DNA from: Candidatus Methylomirabilota bacterium
GTDB taxonomy: Bacteria; Verrucomicrobiota; Verrucomicrobiia; Limisphaerales; SXQI01
Reading direction: 5' to 3'
NCBI GenBank assembly: GCA_035627835.1
Contig: DASPKX010000069.1
Span: 10,451 to 74,450, forward strand
DNA: 64,000 nt
Numbering within the stretch: position 1 is the stretch's first letter; each line of letters begins with the position of its first letter. This document shows positions 37,618 through 45,565 of the stretch, piece after piece. Below the pieces are notes generated by a model. It made no database searches, was not told the DNA's origin, and saw only the letters and a list, made by a program, of their open reading frames with translations. The position numbers were made by a program, and so were the translations under genes.

Positions 37618-38850
37618 TTAAACCAGATCGTGCGCTTCCACAACCGTTGGCTCGACCAAGGGGGTGCCATCGGCAGCTTCGGGATAATCGAATACTTTGC
37701 CTTCGAAGTTCCGGAAGACCACCCGATCCGCGCTCCTGCTTAGGACATACTCGGGGTTAATAGGCACTTTGCCGCCGCCGCCGGGAGCATCGATCACATA
37801 CTGCGGCACGGCATAGCCGGTGGTGTGGCCGCGCAGGCCTTCCATGATTTCCAAGCCTTTGCGAACGCTGGCGCGAAGGTGTGCGGAGCCGGAGATCAGA
37901 TCACATTGATAGAGGTAATACGGCTTCACACGGCACATGAGGAGCTTTTGGACCAACGCCTTCATGGTGGTGAGATTGTCGTTCACATTGCGCAACAGAA
38001 CGGATTGATTGCCAAGCGGAATGCCGGCATCGGCCAAACGGGCAAGCCCTTCGCGGACCTCACTGGTGAGTTCACGCGGGTGGTTCGCATGAATGCTGAT
38101 GAAAAGCGGGTGATACTTCTTCAGTATTCCACACAACTCGGGAGTGATCCGTTGCGGCAGGAAAAGAGGGATGCGGCTGCCGATGCGCAGGAACTCGACA
38201 TGCGGTATCGCGCGCAACTGGCCGAGGAGATAATCGAGCTTGTCGTCCGAAAGGAGAAGCGCGTCACCACCGCTCAGAAGAACGTCGCGAACGGTGGGTG
38301 TCTTGCGAATGTAATCGATCTGCCGCTCGAAATCGGGATGGAAATCGTAGCCCGTGGCATTGCTGACGAGGCGTGACCGGGTGCAATACCGGCAATAGGC
38401 CGCGCAACGATCGGTGACCAGAAAGAGAACGCGATCGGGATATCGATGCACCAGGCCGGGAACCGGGGAGTGAGCATCCTCTCCGCAAGGATCCTTCATT
38501 TCCCAAGGAGCGGTGCGGGTTTCGTCGATGCGCGGGATAACCTGGCGGCGAATGGGGCAATTCTCGTCGTCTTGATCGATCAGGTTAAAAAAATAGGGCG
38601 GGATAGCCATGGCCAGGCGCGTGTTGGCCAGGAGCGCGCCGGTGCGTTCATCCTTGGTGAGGTTCGGAAGAACCTTTTCGAGCTGCTGGAGATTGGTGAT
38701 GCGGTTCTTAAGCTGCCAGCGCCAATCGTTCCATTGAGAATCAGGCACATGTGCCCATGGACCACGCCCGGCGCTCTTGAACTCCTTGAGAGAAGCCAGA
38801 ACCGAATCAGAAGGGGGCTCCTCGGGGCTCCCCAACGACAACTCGTTCAT
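37618..38850 (-). CDS. kamA: KamA-family radical SAM protein (lysine 2,3-aminomutase-like)
   Basis: CAAYCRYCTRS is the CxxxCxxC radical SAM motif. LLSGGDALL and GNQSVLLRNVND are typical KamA/AblA/EpmB blocks. 410 aa. Confidence 0.85.
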   Translation of the reverse strand: MNELSLGSPEEPPSDSVLASLKEFKSAGRGPWAHVPDSQWNDWRWQLKNRITNLQQLEKVLPNLTKDERTGALLANTRLAMAIPPYFFNLIDQDDENCPIRRQVIPRIDETRTAPWEMKDPCGEDAHSPVPGLVHRYPDRVLFLVTDRCAAYCRYCTRSRLVSNATGYDFHPDFERQIDYIRKTPTVRDVLLSGGDALLLSDDKLDYLLGQLRAIPHVEFLRIGSRIPLFLPQRITPELCGILKKYHPLFISIHANHPRELTSEVREGLARLADAGIPLGNQSVLLRNVNDNLTTMKALVQKLLMCRVKPYYLYQCDLISGSAHLRASVRKGLEIMEGLRGHTTGYAVPQYVIDAPGGGGKVPINPEYVLSRSADRVVFRNFEGKVFDYPEAADGTPLVEPTVVEAHDLV

Positions 38851-38920
38851 TACGGGGGAACTATATTTTCAGCGCCCCCCCTGTCAAGTTGACGGCCACC
38901 CTGCTCGTGTCATAGGGAGG

Positions 38921-40255
38921 TTAATCCTTGAAGATGGAATGATACCATTTCTTCGGAGCTGCGGAGGCATTCTGGAGACCTGCCTTTTTGCGGATACTTT
39001 CAAGTTCCCAGCCTGTGAGGGCGGCGAGCGTTTGGGCTTCCTTCTCCTGGCGCGCAGCTAACGCGGTCCGGTACGTGGCGACTTCAGGGCAGGATCCCTC
39101 CCCTTTCCATGAATGCCGCAGAATATAGCGGCCCTGGAAGTTCTCGCGGTTGCTCGTTTCCTGGAAGACGAGATCTTCAGGAAACTTCTCCCCATCGTAG
39201 CGGACATGAAGGCGAGTGATGTAAACAATTTGGGGCTGCGCGACGCCGGCGCGTTGCTCAGTTTTGACCCGCGGCAACCAGAACGCACCCAGGCGGCGTA
39301 GCTGGTCGTTGGAGAGCGGGTCGGCGGCACACGGATCACACCAGCCCATGTCCCAGGCGTATTCGAGAAACACCGCGCGCATGTCTTCCTTTTTCACCTG
39401 TTGGTCGAACATGGCTTTATAGAACTCCTTGAACTCGTTCTTCACGTAAACGGGGAGTTCGGCATCGGTCTGCAATTTGACAGTGCGATAATTCACCGTC
39501 TCCACGCGGCCGCGCTCTGAGAGCGCATAGATGAATAATTCCTGCGGGCCGTTGGCGTTCACCGTTCCGAGGCGAATCGGCAGCATGAACTTGGGGCTTT
39601 CATAAGCAACCTGCAGCGGGCGCAAGAACTGAAAGCCGAGGCGCGCTTGCTCCTTCAGGTTCACCTTGGCCACAAAGAACCGCATGTTCTGTTTGATGTA
39701 GCTTTCGAGGACGCGCGCAGCGCCTGCTGGGAGCTTGTAACCGTTGCTTTGGAGATAAGTGGCCAACCCGCTACTCTCCTTTGCGGAGAGCAGTTGGATG
39801 TCGTACTCGCCGACGGTGTATTGAGCTTCAACCTGAACGCCGAGGGCAGCGGCTAATTCACGCTTCTCGTCGCGAGCGGCGGCTGCGGGGCGGGAGGCGC
39901 GCTCGAGGAGCAACCGGGTGGCGCAAGGATCTTCGTCGAAGTACTCCACCAAGCGCGGAGCGGTGTAGGCGTCCAAATGCTCCACGAGCCACTTGTCTGT
40001 GACGTTAATCTGGTCCCTCTCAAGAAAGGTCGGCACTGGAATGACCATGGCAAACTCAGTGGGGTCACCCTGGTAGTCGTTGACCATGGTGAGCACGGTT
40101 TTGTCCTCCTTGCGCGCGATGACAACTTGAGAGGCTTTGTTGAAAAGCTTGGCATCGGCCTTCGCGACATAGAATCCGCAGAATGCGTGCGCTGCAGGCA
40201 TTGTGAGAGCAGCCGCGCAAAGGGCCGCGGTGAGAACGGTGAGAATTCGGCACAT
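38921..40255 (-). CDS. DUF2330 exported protein, paralogue B
   Basis: Start chosen at MCRILTVLTAALCAAALTMPAAHA (ATG 40255); an alternative ATG at 40276 is possible. The mature end is FCGFYVAKADAKLFNKASQVV. The 595-aa track ORF is an upstream out-of-frame run through the preceding gene. Confidence 0.8.
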   Translation of the reverse strand: MCRILTVLTAALCAAALTMPAAHAFCGFYVAKADAKLFNKASQVVIARKEDKTVLTMVNDYQGDPTEFAMVIPVPTFLERDQINVTDKWLVEHLDAYTAPRLVEYFDEDPCATRLLLERASRPAAAARDEKRELAAALGVQVEAQYTVGEYDIQLLSAKESSGLATYLQSNGYKLPAGAARVLESYIKQNMRFFVAKVNLKEQARLGFQFLRPLQVAYESPKFMLPIRLGTVNANGPQELFIYALSERGRVETVNYRTVKLQTDAELPVYVKNEFKEFYKAMFDQQVKKEDMRAVFLEYAWDMGWCDPCAADPLSNDQLRRLGAFWLPRVKTEQRAGVAQPQIVYITRLHVRYDGEKFPEDLVFQETSNRENFQGRYILRHSWKGEGSCPEVATYRTALAARQEKEAQTLAALTGWELESIRKKAGLQNASAAPKKWYHSIFKD

Positions 40256-40262
40256 AAGATCG

Positions 40263-41576
40263 TTATTTGAAGACATTGTCGTACCACTTCGCCGTGCGAG
40301 GCGGGGTGAGGCCCATTTGTTTGCGGATGTTGGCGATATCCCAGCCCGTGAGCGAAGCGAGTGTTGCGGCCTCCTGCTCCTGTCGGGCTGCGACAGATTT
40401 TGAATACTGCTCCAGTTCAGGGCAGTTGCCTGTCCCCTTCCATGGATGCTGCAGGATGTAGCGGCCCTGGAAATTGCTGCGGTCGCCTGTCTCCTGAAAA
40501 ACCAGATCCTCAGGAAAATGCTCGGCGTCATAGCGAACGTGCAGTCGAGTGACGAAGACGTTTTCCGGTGAAGGCCCGCGACCGCGCTCAGCCTTGGCAG
40601 CAGGTTCCAGCCAAAACACACCGAGCTTGCGAAGTTCCTCGCGTGAAAGCGGATCGGCAGCGCAGGGATCGCACCAACCCATGTCCCAGGCGTATTCAAG
40701 AAAGACAACGCGCATATCCTCCTTCTTCACCTGTTGGTCGAACATGGCTTTGTAAAAGCTCGCGAAATCCTTCTTCACATAAACGGGAAGATTCAGGTCG
40801 CTCGGAATCCGGACCGTGCGATAGTTCACGCATTCGACGCGGCCTTTGCGTGTGAGCGCGTAAACGTAAAGGTCCTGCGGGCCATTGGCGTTCACGGTGC
40901 CGAGGCGTATCGGGAGCATGAACTTGGGGCTTTCGTAAGCGACTTGAATGGGGCGCAGTGTCGTGAAGCCGAGCTTTGCCTGCTCCGCAAGGTTCACCTT
41001 GGCCACGAAGAAGCGCATCTTTTGCTTGATGTAGGTTTCGAGGACACGCGCGGCGCCCGGAGGTGTTTTGTATCCGTTGGTTGTGAGCCAGCGTTCCAAT
41101 CCCCCGCTCTCCGCCGCCGAGAGGATGGATATGTCGTACTCGCCGACGGTGTAGGAAGCCTCGACGCTGACGCCGAAGGAATCACGTCTCTGCTCGGCCT
41201 TCGCGGCTGGTTGCGCGGCCATGCTGTACAACCGGCGATACACCTCTTCCGCACAGGGGTCGCGGTCAAAATACTCCACCAAGCGAGGAGCGGAATAGGC
41301 ATCGAGATGCTGCACCGGAGCGGTGTCGCCAATGTGGATTTGATCCTTCTCCAGGAAAGTTGGAACCGGCACTACCAGTGCGAATTCCTTTGGGTCACCT
41401 TGGTAATCGCTGACCATGGTGAGCACGGTTTTATCGCCGTCGCGGACGAGAACGACCTGAGATGCTTTGTTAAAGAGCTTTGCGTCGGCCTTTGCGACAT
41501 AGAAGCCGCAGAAAGCATGGGCGGGCGGAGCTAACAAGAGGAGCGCGATGAGAGCGCTAAGCGCGAGCAGGTTCAT
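40263..41576 (-). CDS. DUF2330 exported protein, paralogue A
   Basis: 437 aa with signal MNLLALSALIALLLLAPPAHA, then FCGFYVAKADAKLFNKASQVV. It is colinear with paralogue B along the whole length, by my eye roughly two thirds identical. Confidence 0.85.
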   Translation of the reverse strand: MNLLALSALIALLLLAPPAHAFCGFYVAKADAKLFNKASQVVLVRDGDKTVLTMVSDYQGDPKEFALVVPVPTFLEKDQIHIGDTAPVQHLDAYSAPRLVEYFDRDPCAEEVYRRLYSMAAQPAAKAEQRRDSFGVSVEASYTVGEYDISILSAAESGGLERWLTTNGYKTPPGAARVLETYIKQKMRFFVAKVNLAEQAKLGFTTLRPIQVAYESPKFMLPIRLGTVNANGPQDLYVYALTRKGRVECVNYRTVRIPSDLNLPVYVKKDFASFYKAMFDQQVKKEDMRVVFLEYAWDMGWCDPCAADPLSREELRKLGVFWLEPAAKAERGRGPSPENVFVTRLHVRYDAEHFPEDLVFQETGDRSNFQGRYILQHPWKGTGNCPELEQYSKSVAARQEQEAATLASLTGWDIANIRKQMGLTPPRTAKWYDNVFK

Positions 41577-42438
41577 AAATGGGGTTTTGTGGAATGGTGT
41601 TCGATTGAGATGAGTGAGCGCGTGGAGCGGCCCAGCTATAGCGCGCGCCGGGGAAGAGAAAGTTCAGGAGGGGCGTGGCAAGTGAGCAGAACGCGAGGCT
41701 CCAGAGGAGACCATTTTGACGGAACAGCTTGAACTGCACGTAAGCGCCGCCCAGAGCGACAAGAAAGGCAAAGATAATTCGACCGGGGCGTGACTCCGGA
41801 GTCGTTTTGGGGTCCGAGATCATAAAGAAAGCGAACAGGAGCAGCGCGCCGTTTTGAATGCGGTGAAAAGGAATGGCCAATGGCTCGTTCAACCACGCGG
41901 AGCGGGCAAATAGAATGCCGCAGTGGAAGATGAGGAAAGCAACTGTGACGTCCGCGCGCGCCGCTCTCGTAACCACGAGCGAACCGAGGCAGAGCATTAG
42001 GAACGCGAAGAATGCAAAATTGCCCCACTGCCCCGGAGAGACCCACGCTTTGTCACTCGCCACGATAAGGAGAGCCACGATCGCAATGTTCGTGGGGTTG
42101 AATAGGTGCCCGCCTTTCAAGCGAATGAAGAACTTCGTTCCAATGGCCAGAGCAGCGGCAGCGGGGACGAGCCAGAGATGATTCGTTCGTAGGAGCAGGC
42201 ACAGGGATAAGCCCGAAATCATCGCGCTTTTAAATTCCACTCGCGCGAGGTGAACGGCTCTAGAGCAGAGAAACTGGAAGATGAGCGTTGATGCCAGGGT
42301 GACTCCGATCTGTGCAATGGAGACCTGGAAATCCAACTGGAAGAGGCCGTAAAGAAGAAGCAGCGAGAGAGCTGCAATCTGATAGTCGCGCGGGTCGGAA
42401 CCCAGGGAGCCACTCTGCCTCAACCATGCTGTGCGCAT
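41557..42438 (-). CDS. polytopic membrane protein of the NQR2/RnfD/RnfE-like family (short form)
   Basis: 293 aa with about 8 hydrophobic helices. The N-terminal DPRDYQIA, GHLFNPTN and FFMISDPKTTP resemble the FNP and M-x-TDP-x-T blocks of RnfD/NqrB-type proteins. It overlaps the next gene by 20 nt. Confidence 0.65.
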   Translation of the reverse strand: MRTAWLRQSGSLGSDPRDYQIAALSLLLLYGLFQLDFQVSIAQIGVTLASTLIFQFLCSRAVHLARVEFKSAMISGLSLCLLLRTNHLWLVPAAAALAIGTKFFIRLKGGHLFNPTNIAIVALLIVASDKAWVSPGQWGNFAFFAFLMLCLGSLVVTRAARADVTVAFLIFHCGILFARSAWLNEPLAIPFHRIQNGALLLFAFFMISDPKTTPESRPGRIIFAFLVALGGAYVQFKLFRQNGLLWSLAFCSLATPLLNFLFPGARYSWAAPRAHSSQSNTIPQNPIYEPARA

Positions 42439-42520
42439 GGAGGATTAGACGGGAGGTTTCGAAGCGTACTCCCCAAAAAGAATCTGACGCGGACCACAAG
42501 GCCGCAAAGGGCCAAAGCGA

Positions 42521-42937
42521 TCAGGAAGCTGAGCGGTTGTTGGGCGCCGGCCGGAACGAATGGTTAGGGAAGTAACGCGCAAACAACGATTTCAGCTCCG
42601 CAAGCGTGAATGGCTTGCGAAGAAAATTTTCTCCGGCTCGCAAGTGGAGCCGCTCTTCGATGTCGATCGGGACGGAGCCGCTCATGAAGGCCATGGAGAT
42701 CTTCAGATTATGCTCCTGCACGAACTCGTGGATCACTTCGCCCGTGCCGCCGGGGAGAAGAATGTCGGTGAAGATCATGTCAAAAGGCATCTGTTGAATC
42801 AGCTCTATGGCCTCGGCGGCGGAGGCAGCCACCTCGGTCGCAAAACCAAGATGCCTCAGGAGCAAAGCCACGGTGGTCCTGACATCCACCTCATCATCAA
42901 CCACCAACACCCGCAAGTTCAGATCCCCTTTTTCCAT
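42521..42937 (-). CDS. single-domain response regulator (REC only)
   Basis: LRVLVVDDEVDVRTTVALLLRHLGF...MIFTDILLPGGTG...FLRKPFTLAEL. Start chosen at MEKGDLN; the track ORF is 49 codons longer. Confidence 0.8.
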   Translation of the reverse strand: MEKGDLNLRVLVVDDEVDVRTTVALLLRHLGFATEVAASAAEAIELIQQMPFDMIFTDILLPGGTGEVIHEFVQEHNLKISMAFMSGSVPIDIEERLHLRAGENFLRKPFTLAELKSLFARYFPNHSFRPAPNNRSAS

Positions 42938-43147
42938 TGAAAAGACGCAAACGGATAAAGTATCGGGGCTTATAATGCAAGAGCGCAAGAACTGCAATTT
43001 CAGCCTGCCTTGATGGGCCGCTTTACACGCAAGTCTTTGGAGAGAAGCTGCTTGCAGTGTGGAAGGCATTAACAGTTTTGCCAAAATTCGGGGAATACCC
43101 CAGAGTTCGACGGAACCGGAGGTGGAAGAATTTCAAGATTGGCCCCT

Positions 43148-45565
43148 ATGAGACTCATCACCGCAGCCAAGCTGCCGCTCTATTTGTTCGCGTTGCTGAT
43201 GACGCTGCCTGTGTTCATCGCAATGGCGGCGATCCCGAACTTTTGGACCCGGGTTTTCACAGACAATAACTTCCTCCCGCACGCCACATGTTATCTCCGG
43301 AATCCGCAGATGGTGGCGCTGCACGCGAGTTCGGATTTCCTGATCGGATTAGCCTATGCGGGCATCTCCGCCACGCTGGCATACATGCTCTACCGGGCGC
43401 GAAAGGACATCCCCTTTCAATGGATGTTTTCGGCGTTCGGAATCTTCATTGTGGCGTGCGGTGTGACTCACTTCATGGAAGTGGTCACTGTTTGGCGGCC
43501 GTTATATTGGGCAGCCGGTTTAATCAAGGCCATCACGGCTGCAGCATCCGTGGCGACAGCGGTTGCGCTCCCATTTCTTCTGCCGAAAGTCTTCAGCCTT
43601 ATACAAACAGCAAAAGCGAGCGAGAGCCGGAGAGTTCAGTTGGAGGAAGCGCATGCGAAGCTGGAAGATCTCTACAAGAAAGTTAAAGAGCTGGATGAGC
43701 TGAAGAGCCGGTTCTTTGCGAATGTGAGCCATGAATTGCGCACACCGCTGACGCTGGTGCTGGGAAGCGCGGATCGAATTCGGCACACGCCTGCGGCAAG
43801 CGCGGTGCGCCACGAAGCGGAGGGGATCAAGCGCAACGCGCTGGTGCTCTTGCGCAACGTCAACGACCTCCTCGACGCTTCGAAGTTAGATGCCGGCAAA
43901 ATGAAGCTGCAGTGCCAGCGCGTGGACGCAGGGGCTTTCATTCGTCGCGTGGCTTCGAACTTCAGCTCGCTCGCGGAAGAGCGAAGCATTGCGTTCAACG
44001 TTTCCGCGCCCGACGGGCTCATCGCAGAGGTTGATCCCGAAAAAGTGGAGCGAGCCCTGCTGAATTTGCTGTCGAACGCATTCAAGTTTGTCCCGAACGG
44101 GGGGGAAATTGAGGTTCACGCGGAGCAGGCCGCAGGCTCACTGCTGGTAGTCGTGCAGGACGACGGGCCAGGATTGCCGCCCAGCTTCTTGCCAAAGGCT
44201 TTTGAGCGGTTCCAGCAGGCGGATAACACAGACACTCGCAAACATGGCGGCACCGGGCTGGGCCTCTCGATAACGAAAGAATTTGTGGAGCTGCACGGCG
44301 GCTCGATTGGCGTCAGGAATGTTGAGCCGCACGGAGCGCGCTTCGAGTTCACGCTCCCGCTGGCGGCTGCGAAAGGAACGCTGGTTGAAAGCGAGGGGGC
44401 GGGGCAAACCAGGAACGATCTGGCAGCGCAGGCGCTGGCTGGTCTCGCGCCAATCCCAAAACAGGAGGCGAGGGCCGCGCGCGGGACCGGGGCATTGGTC
44501 CTGGTGGCTGAGGACAACCCGGAAATGAGGCAATTCATTGCCGAGACATTGAACGCGGAGTACCGCACGAGCACAGCGCCGAATGGCAGAGAGGCTCTGC
44601 GGCAACTCGAAGCCGGGCCGCTGCCGGACTTGATTGTGAGCGACATCATGATGCCGGAAATGAGCGGCGAGCAACTGCTGGAGCAAGTGCGCGCGCGCTC
44701 GGAACTGGCAGATCTGCCAGTGATCATGCTTTCTGCAAAAGCCGAAGAGGATCTACGTGTGAAACTGTTGCGCGCTGGCGCGAATGATTACCTCGTTAAA
44801 CCATTCTATCCCGAAGAGCTAAAGGCGCGCGCGCAGAACCTGATTGCGTTGAAGCAAGCCAGGGAGCAACTCAAGGATGCCAACCAGCAGTTGGATCAAT
44901 TCAACGCTTCCGTGTCGCACGACCTGCGCGCGCCGCTAAGAAGCATCAAAAGCTTCGCTTCGTTTCTGCGCGAGGAGCACATGGCTTCACTCGATTCAGC
45001 GGCGAAGGATTATTTGCGCCGCATCACCGACAACGCGGAGCGGATGTCGCGACTGCTGGAGGATTTGCTGTCGTATAGTCAAATAACGCGCATGGAGCTG
45101 AAGCCGGAGCGCGTCAGTTTGCAGCAGGCCCTGGAGCAGGCGCGGGCCAGCCTGGAAGGCCAGGTGGTGGAAGCCGGCGCGGAAATCCGGCTAGAGGGGC
45201 CCCTTCCTGACGTGGTAGGGAACGCCACCGTGCTGAACCAGGCTGTGGTTAACCTGCTGGGCAATGCGATGAAGTATGTGGCTCCAGGAGTGAAACCCTT
45301 CGTGCGCATCTCAGCGGAGCAGCGCGGGAAGATGGTGCGGGTGATTATCCGCGACAACGGCATCGGCATTGAGCCGAAGTACCATCAGAAGATTTTCGAA
45401 ACATTCCAACGACTGCATTCAGAACGACAGTACAGCGGCACAGGCCTGGGGTTGGCTCTGGTCAAGAAAGGGATCGAGCGCCTGGGAGGACAAGTGGGCG
45501 TGGATTCCGAGGCCGGCCGCGGCAGCGCGTTTTGGTTCGAGCTGCCAGCAGCGCCGAATACCTAA
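43148..45565 (+). CDS. membrane sensor kinase: ethylene-binding-domain-like 3-TM N-terminus, HisKA-HATPase, receiver, and a second HisKA-HATPase
   Basis: The N-terminus is SSDFLIGLAYAGISATLAYMLYRARKDIPFQWMFSAFGIFIVACGVTHFMEVV...LIKAITAAASVATAVALPFLLP (see findings). First kinase: FFANVSHELRTPL ... GGTGLGLSI. Receiver: LVLVAEDNPEMRQF...LIVSDIMMPEMSG...DYLVKPF. Second kinase: FNASVSHDLRAPL ... GTGLGLALV. ATG at 43148 chosen; TTG at 43139 is possible. Confidence 0.9.
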   Translation: MRLITAAKLPLYLFALLMTLPVFIAMAAIPNFWTRVFTDNNFLPHATCYLRNPQMVALHASSDFLIGLAYAGISATLAYMLYRARKDIPFQWMFSAFGIFIVACGVTHFMEVVTVWRPLYWAAGLIKAITAAASVATAVALPFLLPKVFSLIQTAKASESRRVQLEEAHAKLEDLYKKVKELDELKSRFFANVSHELRTPLTLVLGSADRIRHTPAASAVRHEAEGIKRNALVLLRNVNDLLDASKLDAGKMKLQCQRVDAGAFIRRVASNFSSLAEERSIAFNVSAPDGLIAEVDPEKVERALLNLLSNAFKFVPNGGEIEVHAEQAAGSLLVVVQDDGPGLPPSFLPKAFERFQQADNTDTRKHGGTGLGLSITKEFVELHGGSIGVRNVEPHGARFEFTLPLAAAKGTLVESEGAGQTRNDLAAQALAGLAPIPKQEARAARGTGALVLVAEDNPEMRQFIAETLNAEYRTSTAPNGREALRQLEAGPLPDLIVSDIMMPEMSGEQLLEQVRARSELADLPVIMLSAKAEEDLRVKLLRAGANDYLVKPFYPEELKARAQNLIALKQAREQLKDANQQLDQFNASVSHDLRAPLRSIKSFASFLREEHMASLDSAAKDYLRRITDNAERMSRLLEDLLSYSQITRMELKPERVSLQQALEQARASLEGQVVEAGAEIRLEGPLPDVVGNATVLNQAVVNLLGNAMKYVAPGVKPFVRISAEQRGKMVRVIIRDNGIGIEPKYHQKIFETFQRLHSERQYSGTGLGLALVKKGIERLGGQVGVDSEAGRGSAFWFELPAAPNT

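Noticed and set aside
40256-40708. N-terminal 151 codons of the 595-aa track ORF upstream of DUF2330 paralogue B.
   Set aside because: This stretch overlaps the 3' part of paralogue A in a different frame and translates to Ser/Arg-rich sequence. A signal peptide plus a mature end identical to paralogue A begins at the internal Met (40255).
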